Assembly (NCBI GenBank): GCA_963823665.1 | Contig: CAWGMQ010000004.1 | Location: forward strand, 1,152,001 to 1,216,000 | Reading direction: 5' to 3' | Source of the DNA: an uncultured Planctomycetota bacterium | Lineage (GTDB): Bacteria > Planctomycetota > Planctomycetia > Isosphaerales > Isosphaeraceae | DNA length: 64,000 bases | Shown: positions 1-13,079 of the stretch, piece by piece | Layout: every line of letters starts with the position of its first letter | How positions within the stretch are numbered: the stretch's first letter is position 1 | Translations under genes and position numbers: made by a program | The notes under the pieces: model-generated | Database searches by the model: none | What the model was told of the DNA's origin: nothing | The model's input: only the letters and a program-made list of their open reading frames with translations

Positions 1-1
1 T

Positions 2-1072
2 GATGAATTCTGGAAGGCTCGCAACCTGCGCCCGCACCTGAAGAACATCAAGCCGGCGGTGATGACGGTTGGAGGCTGGTATGACGCCGAGAACCTCTTC
101 GGGGCGCTCGAGACTTACAAGAACGTGGAGGCCCAGAGTCCGGGTGCCACCAACGTTCTGGTGATGGGCCCGTGGAGGCACGGCGGCTGGAGCGGTGGCG
201 ACGGATCGAAGCTGGGCCCGCTTTCGTTCTTCAGCAAGACGTCCGAGTTCTACCGTGAGGAGATCGAGTTCCCGTTCTTCCAGTTCTATCTGAAGGGCAA
301 GGGCACGCCCAACCTGCCGGAGGCATGGGTCTTCGAGACCGGAACCAATCTATGGAAGAAGTACGATCACTGGCCGCCGAGCAGCCTCAGGAGCCGATCG
401 CTGTTTCTGCACGGGCAGGGGAGGCTCTCCTTCGAACCGCCGGCTGACTCTGGGGCGTCCGCCTTTGACGAGTATGAAAGCGACCCCGCCCACCCCGTGG
501 AATACATCGATCAGATCGAGATACGAATGACGGGCGATTATATGACACAAGATCAGCGCGTGGCCTCGCGTCGGCCTGATGTGCTGGTTTATGAAGGGCC
601 GGTGCTCAAGGAGGCGATGACGATTTCGGGTGCGATCGAGGCCCGGCTTTTCGTGTCGACGACGGGCACCGACTCGGACTGGGTTGTGAAACTCATCGAC
701 GTTTATCCCGACGATTACCGCGGCGCGGAAGCCGGCTCGTCCACCGCCAAGCTGGGTGGCTTCCAGCAGCTCGTCCGCGGCGACGTGATGCGCGGCAAGT
801 TCCGTAACGGTCTGGATAAACCCGAACCGTTCGTTCCGGGGAGTCCGACGGCGGTGAGCTTCCGGCTAGCCGACATCGAGCACACGTTTCGACCGGGCCA
901 CAGGATGATGGTGCAAATCCAGAGCACCTGGTTCCCGCTGATCGACCGAAATCCGCAGACGTTCGTGGACATCTACAACGCGAAGGCATCGGACTTCCGG
1001 AAGGCGACGCAGCATGTGTACCGATCGAGCGAGATGCCGTCGCACCTGGAGGTGCAGCAGGTGGTTCGCTGA
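2..1072 (+). CDS. CocE/NonD family hydrolase (X-Pro dipeptidyl-peptidase-like C-terminal domain), 5' end outside window
   Basis: Frame is open from position 2. Motifs VGGWYDAEN, MGPWRHGGW, RPDVLVY, TDSDWVVKLIDVYP and HTFRPGHRMMVQIQSTWFP are typical of the family. Confidence 0.9.
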   Translation, partial: DEFWKARNLRPHLKNIKPAVMTVGGWYDAENLFGALETYKNVEAQSPGATNVLVMGPWRHGGWSGGDGSKLGPLSFFSKTSEFYREEIEFPFFQFYLKGKGTPNLPEAWVFETGTNLWKKYDHWPPSSLRSRSLFLHGQGRLSFEPPADSGASAFDEYESDPAHPVEYIDQIEIRMTGDYMTQDQRVASRRPDVLVYEGPVLKEAMTISGAIEARLFVSTTGTDSDWVVKLIDVYPDDYRGAEAGSSTAKLGGFQQLVRGDVMRGKFRNGLDKPEPFVPGSPTAVSFRLADIEHTFRPGHRMMVQIQSTWFPLIDRNPQTFVDIYNAKASDFRKATQHVYRSSEMPSHLEVQQVVR

Positions 1073-1324
1073 CGATCATTCGAGGACGATCCGCACGAGT
1101 ATCAGCCGCAGATCTCCCGCCAGCAACAGCCGGTGTTTTCACCGCATCTCTAACATGAGCTTGGTCGTAATCGGATCTTTCGAGTGGTAGACTTAGCGGG
1201 TATTATTGATGTGCCTCTGACCGAGCCTATCCACGTTCAACATTCTCTTCAACAAACCTCGCAGTCGTGAGGACAGACGTTCTTCGAGGTTTCCACTTGC
1301 GCCCGCCGGTGGGAATTGAGTTTC

Positions 1325-4300
1325 ATGGGCCCACGAACCCCTTGCCCACATCCGACACGTCTCCGGCAATTCTTGCGTGACCGCGCCCAAATCCCCGCGA
1401 CCGATCGCGTGCGGGAGCATCTCGCGCAGTGTGAATCCTGTCGATTGGTGGTCGCCGGCCTTGAGTCCGAATCCGAAGAGGGGACTCAGCAGACACTCGT
1501 CGACCTTGGCCTGGCTCAATCGGGCCAGACGGTTTTCTTCCACGATCCCAGGAAAGACGCTCGGCGGCACGAAGACGGTCCGGCGGTCACGACGATCCAG
1601 ATCACGGTCGACTCGGCCAAAGAGCCAACCGATGTTGATTCAGGATTTGACGTATCGAGCGCGACCAAGCAAGCGAGCCTGCGAATCACATCCGATACCA
1701 TGTCGACCTGCGAGATCGCGCCCGGTGGCGAGTCGGACACCGGGTCGTTCGTGTTGCCGAATACTCCAACCCTGAGCGACTCAGGTCCGGCTGGCACAAT
1801 CGAGTCCGATTCGATCACGACGTGCGAAATCGTTCCGGGTGGCGGTGCGGACTCGGGGTCGTTCGAATTGCAGGGCACGCCCGAGGTACCCAGCGCCTTC
1901 TCGGAAACATGTGTGCTCGAGACCGGCACGCGTTCGAGCCAGACCGGCCGATCCGACCAACGGTTTGCGCCGACTTTGTTCGACTCCAAGTCAGATGCGG
2001 TTTCCAGCCCGGCCAAGCTCGATAACGTGAGTGTTCCCGGTTACGACCTTCTGGAGGAGCTCGGGCGGGGCGGCATGGGCGTGGTGTACAAGGCCCGCGA
2101 TCGGCGGCTGCAGCGGCTGGTTGCGCTCAAGATGGTGCTGGCCGGCGCGCACGTGGGCGCGGCGGGGCTGGCGCGGTTTCGTGCCGAGGCCGAAGCTGTT
2201 GCGAAGCTCTCCCATGCGAACATCGTGCAAATCTACGAGACCGGCGAGCACGAAGGCCGGCCGTATTTCTCACTCGAGCTGGTTGACGGAGGCAGCCTCG
2301 AGCAGCGGATTCTCGAGAGCCCGGCCACCCCGCTAGCAGCCGCGGCGTTCGTCGAGACGCTGGCGCGTACCATGGCGGTGGCGCATGAGCGCGGGATTGT
2401 CCATCGCGATCTCAAACCGGCGAATATCCTGCTGGCGAAGATGGGCAGCGGGTCGTCAATTGTGAAGAGCCGGGATTCTGACTCGCATACTCTACCCGCG
2501 GACCACTGGTCACGAAGCACGATTCCCAAGATCGCGGACTTTGGTCTGGCCAAGCAGGTGGACGACGATTCGAGCCAGACCAAGAGCGGGACGATCATGG
2601 GCACGCCCAGTTACATGGCGCCCGAGCAGGCGGCGGGAAAGAACCGGGAAATAGGGCCGGGAGCCGACATCTACTCACTCGGAGCGATCCTGTATGAAAT
2701 GCTGGTTGGCCGGCCGCCGTTCAAGGCAGGCAATCCGATCGACACGATTCGCCAGGTCATCGAGCAAGAGCCGGTGCCACCCCGCCAGCTCGAGCCGCGG
2801 GTGCCGCACGACCTGGAGACGATCTGCCTGAAATGTCTGGAGAAGGAGCCCGCGCGCCGATTCGCCACGGCGCTTGACCTGGCGGACGACTTGCGTCGCT
2901 TCGTTCTAGGCGACCCGATTCACGCCCGACCGACGCCGACATGGGAACGCGCCTGGAAATGGGGAAAACGCCGGCCGCTCGCCGTGGCACTTGTGGGGGT
3001 GATCGCTCTGGGGGCACTGAGCACCGTGCTGTTCATTGTCTGGCACAACGGCGTGTTGCAAACCAAGCTCGACGTTGCATTGACGGAAGAGCGGCAGGCG
3101 CGCAGCGTGAGCTCGACGCGCGCGAGGAGCAACGGCTGACGCTCGTGCAGCAAGGGGGGCAGAAGCTCTTCGACAGCGCCCGGGTCGCGGCGGCGGCCGG
3201 CGATTGGCCTCGCGCTCGAGTTGACCTCGAGAAGGCGCTCACCACGATCGGCGGCGATTCCCGGCTTGCATCACTCAAGGAGCCCGCTGTCGCCCTGCTC
3301 AAGCGTGCGGAGCAGGAACTGCGAATCGAAGCCGATCGACGGTCGTCCCGGGCCCGATTTCAATCGTTCGTCGGGTTGCGCGACGAGGCCCAGTTTCTGG
3401 GCACGCTCTACACCGGCATGGACTTGGCCGCCAACCTGCAAGCCGCGCGCACCTCCGTCCATAAGGCCCTGGCAGTCTACGGTGTCGTGGCCGGGGAGGA
3501 AGCTCGACCCAAGTTGGACGCCTACTTGAGCGAGGCGCAGCAGGCCGAGATCCTGGCGGATTGGTCACAACTTCTGTTGATTCTTGCCGAGACCGAAGCC
3601 CAGTCCACGTCCAAGGAGAAGCCGCTCGAAAAGGAACAGTACCTGCGTAAAGCTTTGAGCTACCTCGAGCAGGCGCGGCGGTTGGGAGCGCCCCTCCGGG
3701 CTTTGCACCTGCGGCGGGCACGCTACCTGAACCTGCTCGGCGACACCAAAGGGGCGGCCCGCGACCAACAGGCGGCCCAAGCTGCTGCTGTCGACGACGT
3801 GTTCGATCACTTCCTGATGGCGGACGAGCTCTATCGCCGGGAACAGTTCGCCGAGGCGATCAAGGAGTTTGATCGCGTACTCGAGCGCAAGCCCGGCCAT
3901 TTTTGGGCGCAGTACCTGAACGCGCTTTGTCTCTTGCGGCAACAGCGACCTGCCGAGGCGCGGGCGCTCTTGAGCGCGTGTCTTGCGCAGCGATCTGATT
4001 TTGTCTGGCTTTATCTGCTGCGCGGCTTTGCCCACCAAGAGCTCCAGGCATGGGCCGCTGCCGATTCCGACTTCGAGCGCGCCTCGAAACTCGCCCTCGA
4101 TGAAAACGCTCGCTATGTTCTCCTGGTCAATCGCGGAGTCTTACGCGTCCGAAGCGACCGAAGCGACGAGGCCATCACCGATCTCAAGGCCGCGATCGCA
4201 CTCAAGCCGGGCGCCTACCAGGCATACGTGAATCTGGCTCAAGCGTACCGCCGACAGAATAAGCTTGAACTGGCACTCGATCAATTGAATCGCGCCCTCA

Positions 4301-5157
4301 AGCTCGAGCCTGGTCTGGCCCACCTCTACCGTCTGCGAGCACGGCTTCATCTCGCACGCGATGAAGCCGATCTCGCCTTGACCAACCTCGACCGGGCGAT
4401 CGAGCTCGAACATGACGGCAGCCCCTACGAGGTTGACGACAATATCGAGCGTGGACGTCTGCTTTTGCGCAGCGGCAAGCACGCGCAGGCGCTCGCTTCA
4501 TTCGACGCTGCTCTGGCCTTGCGGGCGGATGATCCGGCCGGCCAGCGCCTTCGTGCGGAGGCCCTGTTTCGGTTGGGCCGATTCCACGACGTGGTCGAGG
4601 CGTTCGACGGCTATCTTGAAAATGGCAAGCCGCTCGAGTCGGTCTATCGCGGCCGCGGACTGGCGCGCTCAGAGCTGGGCCAGTACCCCGGCGCAATCGA
4701 TGATTTCACGAAAGCGCTCGAGCTGCACCCGACCTCGGCCGTGCAGGCGTATCGCGGCTGGACTTACCTGGTCACCGACGCGCCGAAGCTCGCCCTGCGC
4801 GACTTCGAGCTGGCCATCGAGCTCGATCCGAAGAATGCCGACGCCTACAACGGCCGTGGCTTCGCCCGCGCCAAGCTGGGCCGACACCGTGAGGCTGCGC
4901 AGGACGTCGCGCAAGCACTGAGCCTCGGTCCGCCGTCTGCTCGCTTGCTTTACAATGGCGCGCGGGCTCTCGCCCAGTGCCCTAACCCGCACCCACGCCG
5001 TGCGGTGGAGTTGATCAAACAGGCCCTGAGCTCGCTTCCCGCCGAAAAGCGCCGCGACTTCTGGACCGCACACATCGCCAAAGATGCGGCTTTCGCCGCG
5101 CTGCGCAATCAACCGTCGTTCACCAAGCTCGAATTCGAGCTGTCCGGAGCGAACTGA
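1325..5157 (+). CDS. Ser/Thr protein kinase with N-terminal zinc finger, TM helix and C-terminal TPR array (copy 1); apparent 1-nt deletion near 3102
   Basis: HLAQCESC (HxxxCxxC), [54 protein letters not shown]. ORFs 1316-3139 and 2941-5157 join when compared with copy 2, which reads [10 protein letters not shown] continuously. Confidence 0.9.
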
Positions 5158-5160
5158 TTC

Positions 5161-8100
5161 ATGCCTCTTCGAGCAAGAGCCATGCGCCGAGTCAGCCCCT
5201 GGCATCGCCTGGCCGAGTTCCGGCTGCCCGACGGCGACTGGCTCGAGCATCGCACTCTGCTCGCGGCCAGTCCGTTGAGCTCAGCCGTGCCGCTGCACTT
5301 CGGCCTGTTCGACGACGCAACGGAGTCGCACTTCCTGTCCACTCCCGGCGAGTTCGACTTATACTCTCTTGCGCTTCAAAGCGGTGACACGGTTTACTCG
5401 AGCATCGACGCCCAGAATTCCGGCAGCACATTGACCAGCCTCCTGCGAGTCTTCGATTCTAGCGGAACTGCGCTGGCGCTTGACAACCAGGAGGGGGGCG
5501 ACCCGCAACTGACCTTCCAGGCAGCGACCGCCGGCACTTACTACATCGGCGTCAGCAGCGCGCCTGACGACGACTACAATCCGCTCTTCTCAAGCAGCGG
5601 CTCCCCAGGTGGCAGCACGGGCCGTTACACCCTCGACGTAAGGCGCACGAGCGGGCCGCTCATGCCGGATCTGACCGGGAGCTCGTTCCGGACGGGGCTC
5701 GACATGGCCGCCCCCGGCGAGAGTGTCCCTGTCAGCTTCACTGTCCAGAACCGAGGCGCCGCCGACCCCGGCAACTTTCGGGTTCAGGTGCTCATCGCCC
5801 CGAACAACCTCTTCGACAGTTCGGCCCAAGTGCTCGCGACGTTCACGCGCAGTCAGTTGGTCGCCGACGCGACGGGCCGGAGCTTCTCGTCGCCGGCGGG
5901 TTTTGCGGTCACGGTGCCCGCCGGCTGGGCAATAGGGCCTGCCGACCTCGGCCTGCGCATCGTGGCCGACCCGGCGGTGCCCGAAGCCGGCCTGTACGAC
6001 AAGAGCGGCGTCCATCGCGGTTCAGACTGGGAGTTCTTGACAGTCGTCACCGCCAACTCCGGCGGTGCAGCCGATTTGTCCGCGATCGACGCCGGGTTGT
6101 ACACGGAGACGCTGGGCACGCTCAGGAGCGCGAGCCCTGTTTCCGCCTACTCCTTCACGGTGAGCAGCGCCCTGGGCATCGGCGAGATCAAGGCGGAAGC
6201 CAGCGCCACGAGCGGCGCCCTGGAGCCGCGCCTCACGCTCTCGGGAGCGACAGGCCAGGTGTTGATCCAATCCGATAGCGGCCTGATCGTCCAGACGCTC
6301 GAGCCCGGAACGTACTTGCTGAGCGTCTCAGAGGAAGCGGGCAACGGGGGCTACCGGCTCACGACGGCCTACACCCAGATCGCCGCCGTGCCGTTTTCGC
6401 CACTTCCGTCGGGCGCGGGAACCGACTCGGTCGCGGTTGGGGACTTGACCGGCGATGGATTTCAGGATGTAGTCACCGCCAATCGGATAGGTGACACGGT
6501 CAGCGTGTTTCTCAGCAACGGCGACGGGACATTCCAGCCCCCCGAGACGTACGGCGTCGGCGACCGCGTGTGGCGCGTGACGATTGCCGACGCCACGGGC
6601 AACGGGAAGCTCGATATCCTCACCGCCAACAAGGGCTCGAACACGATCAGCATCCTTCTGAACAACGGTGACGGCACGTTCGAGCCCCAGTTCACGCTTC
6701 CCACCGGCACCCGCCCTGGTGACGTGACGGTGGCCGACTTGAACGGGGATGGCATCCCGGACCTGGTCGTGTCCAACTATGCCGATGACACGATCTGGAT
6801 CTATCTGGGCGAAGGGGATGACAAGTTCGAGCCCGCGGAAGTCTACGCCACCGACCAGGGTGGCTTCGCCGGCCCAGTCCAGGTCGCGGTTGCCGACTTG
6901 ACCGGGGACGGAGTACCCGACCTGATCTACGCTGACTACGTCACCGGCAACGTCGCCGTCCGGCTGGGCAATGGCGACGGCACGTTCGGGCCTGAGACGA
7001 CCTATCCCACCGCAGCGGGCAGCCACGATCTCGCGGCAGTGGACTTGACCGGCAACGGCAAGATCGACCTGGTTACCGTTAACGCGGTCGCCAATAGCGT
7101 GAGCGTGCTCCTGGGCAACGGCGACGGCACGTTTCTTCCCGAGACGGTTTATCCTGTCGGCACAAACCCGTATTCGCTCGCGATCGCCGAGCTGAATGGT
7201 GACGGCACACCCGACATCGTCGTCAACAACCGGGGCGGTAATACGGTGAGCGTGCTTCTGGGCAACGGCGACGGCACGTTCGAGCCCCAGGAAACCTATC
7301 CCACCGGCACGACGCCGCGCTCGGTCGCCGCGGGCCAGCTCGTCCCGGGCGGTCCGGTCGACATCGTCACCGCCAATCTGGGCGACGACACCGCGAGCAT
7401 CCTCCTGGGCAGGGGTGACGGCACGTTCTCCTTCGGCGCCGAGCAAACAGCCCCCGCCGCGCCACTGGCTCCGTTCCAGGTCGTCGTGGCTGACTTGAAC
7501 GGCGACGGCATCCCCGACATCGTCACGGCGAACAGGCCCGAGAGCAGCGTGAGCGTGCTTCTGGGCAACCGCGACGGATCATTTCAAACCAAGGAGACCT
7601 ACCCTACGGGCGAAGGCCCGTTCTCGGTTGCGGTGGCTGACCTGACCGGCGACGGCATTCCCGACATCCTCACGGCGAACTACGAAAGCGCGACCGTCAG
7701 CGTGCTGCTGGGCAACGGTGACGGCACGTTCCAGCCTTACTTCAACCTTCCCGCCGGCAGCGACCCTTATGACGTCAAGGTCGCCGATTTACGAGGCGAC
7801 GGCAAGGAAGACATCATCGTCACCAACAAGAACGATAACGACGTCGGCGTGATGCTGGGCAACGGGAATGGCACGTTCCAGCCGATGGTGACCTACCCGG
7901 TCGCGTCCGGCCCTTACGTAGTCGTGGTGGACGACCTCACCGGCAACGGAATTCCCGACCTGGTCGTCAGCCATTTCAGTGCCAATGTGGTTGACGTGCT
8001 CATGGGCAACGGTAATGGCACATTTCAACCCGCGCTCGAGTTTCCCGTCGGATCGCACCCGTATGGGCTCGCGGTGGCCGATCTTACCGGCGACGGCTTG

Positions 8101-11100
8101 TCCGACATCGTCACGTCCGACTATAAAGACAACGAAGTCAGCGTCCTGTTGAACGAGGGCGTCAGTCCCACAACTCACCGAATTGAATTCGGCCCACCGC
8201 AGGATTACACCGTGGGCAAGGGCCCCAACGAGGTGCAGGTCGCAGACTTGACCGGCGACGGCATCTCCGACATCGTCACGGCCAACTACGGCAGCGACAC
8301 AGTGAGCGTGCTCTTGGGCAACGGCAACGGCACGTTCCGGCCACAGCAGACCTTCCCCGCTGGCAGCGGCCCCGCCTCCCTGGCCATTGCCGACATGACC
8401 GGCAACGGCAAGCTCGACCTAGTCGTCGGCAACCGCAATGCCAGCACCGTCAGCGTGCTCTATGGCAATGGCAACGGCACATTCTCTTCGCCGCTAACCA
8501 TCGGCGCAGGCGAACGGAACTACTCGGTGGCCGTTGCCGACTTGACGGACGACGGTGATCTCGACGTGATCACCACCAGCGCGCTCAAGAACACGTTGAC
8601 CGTGCAGCTCGGCAACGGCGACGGCACGTTCGGGCCGGCCCGGACGATCCCGGTCGGACTCGGGCCCACATCGGTGGCCGTGGCCGATTTCAACGGCGAC
8701 GGCCGGCCCGACCTCGTGACGACCAACTCCGAGGGCGACTCGGTGAGCGTGCTCCTGGGCAACGGCGACGGCAGCTTCAGCGTGCAGCAGACCTACCCGG
8801 TCGGCGACAGCCCACGCGCCGTCGCGGTCGCCGACCTGACCGGCGACGGCATCGAAGACCTGGTTGTCGCCAACTACAACGACAATACCGTCAGCGTGCT
8901 GCTCGGCAGGGGGGACGGCACCTTCCTGCCGCAGGAGGTCTTCCCCGTCGGCGACAAACCATATTCGGTCGCGCTGGCCGATTTGACCGGCGACGGCCGC
9001 GACGACATCATCATCGCCAATTCCGCCAGCGACACCGTCAGCGTGCTGATGAATCTGGGCGGTACCAGCAACCACGTCAACTTCGCGCCCCAGATCACGC
9101 TGGCCACGGGCCGCGACCCGGTCTCCGTGGCGGTCGCCGACTTATACGGCGACGGCACGCCGGACATCATCACGGCAAATGCCTTCGACAACACGGTGAG
9201 CGTGATCGCCCAGAACGCCCAAAGAGCGTTCCAGCCGCAACAGACCTTCCAAGTCGGCTCGCGCCCCTACTCGGTGGCCGCGTCCGACTTGACCGGCGAC
9301 GGCGAGCTCGACATCATCACCGCGAACTACGGCGGTGACAACGTGAGCGTTCTCCTGAACAACGGCGATGATTCGTTTCTGAGCCAGCAGACTTTCGCCA
9401 CCGAGCTCGCGCCGTCCAGACGGTGGTGGCCGACGTCAACGGCGACGGCCGGCCCGACCTCGTCACCGCCAGCAACCACGACAGCGCGATCGGCGTCCTA
9501 CTGGGCAAGGGCAATGGTACCTTCGAGCCGGCACCCGCCGGCACCGGCGTCGGGCTATCCGACACGCCGTTCCTGGCTGATTTCAATGGCAGCGGGAACG
9601 ACGGCAGTGTCGTCCTGGATCGGTCGGGAGAAATCCTCTATCGCGCGGGGATCCCAGGCGACCCCGGCACATTCGCAACTCCGGTGGTCCTCAATCCCGG
9701 CCGCCCGGCGCGCGCGATCACGGTCTTGCAGATCGGTTCTCAATACGCCGTCGCGGCCGCCGATACCCACTTCGACCCGACGCTCTCAATCAATCAATTT
9801 ATCTTTACGGTTTCGATCTACACGGTCAGCGCCAGCGGGCAGGTGAGCCGGCGCACGGCGTTCGCAACCCCGGATTTGCCCACGAGCCTCGCCGTGGAAG
9901 ACCTCACTGGAAACGGACTCGACGACTTGGTCGCGGCCAACGCGCTCGACAACAGCGTCACGATCGCCCTCCAAACTGGAACGGGACTCTTCGCAGCACC
10001 CATGACTGTGCCCGCCGGTGTCGCGCCGTCTGACATCGCCTTTGGCGACTTCACCAGCAACGGGCTGCCGGACATCGTCGTCGCTGATCAATCCTCGGGC
10101 GATGTGACTGTTCTCTTGAATTCGCCCACGCACACGTTCACGCAGTCGCTGCGTTTCCGCGCCAGCACAGGGCTTTACGGACTCGAGACCACTTCGGACA
10201 ATCCCACCGTCAGCTCGTTCACTGAGACGGTCAGCGTTGTGGCTGGAGATTTCACGGGCGACGACGATCTCGTCGTCGTTAATCAAGACACGCATAGCTT
10301 CACCCTCTTGGTTGGCGACGGCAACGGCGGCTTTGCCAATCCTACCCTGGCGCTTTCGACCTCGACGAGTGATGGTTCAATCATCAACGAACGCCCCGGT
10401 GCGATCGTGGCGGGTGACTTCAGCCGCGACGGCAATCTGGATCTGGCCGTGCTGATGGAGGATACCGGCCTAGTCTGGATTTATTCCGGGAACGGCGACG
10501 GCACGTTCCGCCATACGTTCAGCATTCCCGTCGGCGATGAAGCGACCGGCTTATCCGTGGTTCCGGGCAACGGGCCGGGCCTCTTTGACCTGCTGGTCGG
10601 CAACGGCTATGGTGATGTGCTGATCCTGGAAGGCAAGGGGGATGGGACGTTTCAGATCCAGGGAAGTCGCGTATCACTCTCGGTCGTGCCCAATTTGCTC
10701 GGGCCGGGCCAGGCCGGAGTGTTGGTCGGCAATCAGCAGAACAACCGGGTCACGATCCAGGCGCCGTCGAGCAATGGCACGCAGTACACGCCGGTGCAGA
10801 CGCTCGGCGCCTCATCGTCGTCGGCCGAGGCGCTGGCGCCCGGCGACGTTCAGTGGGCATACCTCGACGAGGGAGCGCCGTTGCCCGATGCGATCGTGGT
10901 GAGCAGCGGGTCGAACGCCGTGGTAGTCTATCGCACGCTGTCGGTCACGAACGGCGTGCCGACGTTTGCGCCGTCGCCGGAAACCTACTTCGTCGGCACC
11001 GACCCGGTCAGCGTGACCGTGACCGATGTGAACGGAGACGGCATTCCCGACATGTTGATCGCCGACCAGGGCAGCAACGACGTCTCGGTGTTGTTCGGCT

Positions 11101-12560
11101 CATACGACGCCCGGGGCGATTGGGTGGGCGTCGCCGGCCCGCGCCTGAAATCCGGCGGCGATGGCCCGATCGCCGTGACCGTGGAGGACTTGAGCTACAA
11201 CGGTTTTCCAGATCTCGCCGTCTTCAACGGCAACAGTGGCACGGTCATCGAGCTGCCCGGTGTCGGCGAAGGGTTCTTCGACGACCAGAATCCGCGCACA
11301 TTGATCAACTTCGGCAGCGCGCTGGTGCAGCCGCCCACGTTCGTGGGCAACACCGGTTTGGGATACGGCGTGACGGCGGGCGGCGACCTTGTACGCTTCA
11401 ACCTTTCGTCAGCCGGCGCGGGAACGTCTGTCGCGTATTCGGGCCAGCAGGTCGTCGCCGCACAGGCCGTTGCCAGCGGTCAGGTGCTAGTGGCGCTCGC
11501 CGACGGCGGCGTCGATCTTCTGCAGCCGCAAGGCAACGCTCTGACGGTCGAGTCGGTCTTGCAGGCGCAGGGGGGCGTGCCGGCCTTGCCCAGCGCGATC
11601 GAAGTCGTGAACAAGCCCGGCGGGCAGCTCAATGTCCTGGTCAGCAGCGAGGGCTCGGACAACATCTTCGTGTTCTCCGAGGTGGCGGCCTCAGAGGAAG
11701 GCGGCGGGGCTCTCCCGGGCGGTTCGTCGCCACTAGTTTTGAACTCCATACAAAACCCGGTGCTCTCAAGCGCGACCGCGAGCGTGACATCCGCATTGAC
11801 GACGAGCGCGATCGCGACGAGCGCCTCCGCGACGACGGCGAGCACAAGCACGTCAACCTCGACGAGCTCGGCCACCGTGTCATCGACGGCCACGTCGTCC
11901 GTCGGGTTGTCTCTGGGTGGGTTCTCCTCACTCGGCAATCGTTCCGCGCTGGGAAGCGGCGAGACCGTGCTCGTTCCGGTCGAGGGCAACACCTATATCA
12001 GCGTACCCATTCTCGATCTCGGCTCTGGGAATGATGACGAAGACGGTGTCGGCGAGCGGCGCATGCCCTGGCTCTCCAGCAAGTACAATTTCAGCGACAC
12101 CTCTGCCTTGACGCGGTTTGTGATCGGTCTTGATCAGGCGCTGCGCGGATACCGTGGTGTTGATGAATCTCCCGTGTTCGGCGGCCCCGGCGCACTCAAT
12201 GATCCATGGAACGAGGATTTATTCCATCAGCATCTCCCTGTTTTGCCGCCGGTTCACGGCACTGGCGGCGACGACCCGCAGGCCATGCTGCCCGAGCTGC
12301 AGCCGCACACGCGCGGCGTTCGGGCCCGGCTCCGGGCCGAGGGGAGCGATCGCCCAGATGATCCGCCCGCAAGACCTGCGACCCCCACGGGCGCCGGATT
12401 CATGGCTCTGGCCAGCCTGATCGTTGCGATGCGGCGACCATCGGCCAGGGCCCGGCCGGCTTGGCGGAAACTCGAGCGCACCAATCTCCCGGTGGGGCCG
12501 AAGGAGATGTTCGCGCGGCGACCACAGCCCGTTCCGGCTTTTCGCGAGTTCAAGCGATGA
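5161..12560 (+). CDS. Giant secreted FG-GAP/VCBS repeat protein with PPC/CARDB-like N-terminal domains (copy 1); apparent 1-nt deletion near 9415
   Basis: N-terminal WLEHRTLLA motif; repeated VADLxGDGxxDIVTAN...VSVLLGNGDGTF; Ser/Thr-rich linker; C-terminal hydrophobic segment with a basic tail. ORFs 5161-9846 and 9423-12560 join by comparison with copy 2. Confidence 0.9.
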
Positions 12561-13079
12561 GCAATGCCCGTGGCTCGGTGGCCCAGACGGCCGCGAGTGA
12601 ACCTTGGGTTAAGGTGACCGGCTCGCCGCGTTTGTGGAACTGGCTGGCTGAGCGGCGAGTGATTGCCGTCGGCGAGCCTTGATCGCTCTGAAGCCGGGTC
12701 GGCCTGCGTTCTGGACCTGATCACCGACTGAGCTAGCACTGGGTCGAGCCGATGAATTCGTCGATTTTCGCCTTACTGAATAGGGGATGCGCCTTGCGTG
12801 CTCCGGGAGCGCGGTTCGCGCTGTTCATTCCTGGCCGCTCAAAGGGCCAAGGAACGGCGGACGGGCGAGGGAGATTGCCCGAAAAGGCCGTTTGTTGCGA
12901 TTAATCAACATAAGACTCGTCGTAATCGGATCTTTCGTGTGGTCGATTTAAAGGGTATTATTGATGTGGCTTCGACCGAGCCTATCTACGTTCAAAGCAC
13001 GCGTCGACAAACCTCGCAGTCCTGAGGACAGACGTTCTTCGAGGCGTCCACTTGCGCCCGCCGGTGGGAATTGAGTTTC

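Larger units (their letters stand above)
1150..12760 (+). repeat. Tandem duplication unit 1 (upstream region, kinase-TPR gene, FG-GAP gene, downstream region); ends approximate
   Basis: Sequence from GTCGTAATCGGATCTTTCG (~1164) onward recurs at ~12919. Gene order and downstream sequence are shared. Confidence 0.9.

Noticed and set aside
10853..12034. 393-aa alternative-frame ORF, and many similar Arg-rich ORFs in the track
   Set aside because: Off-frame products of high-GC coding DNA that overlap well-supported genes.
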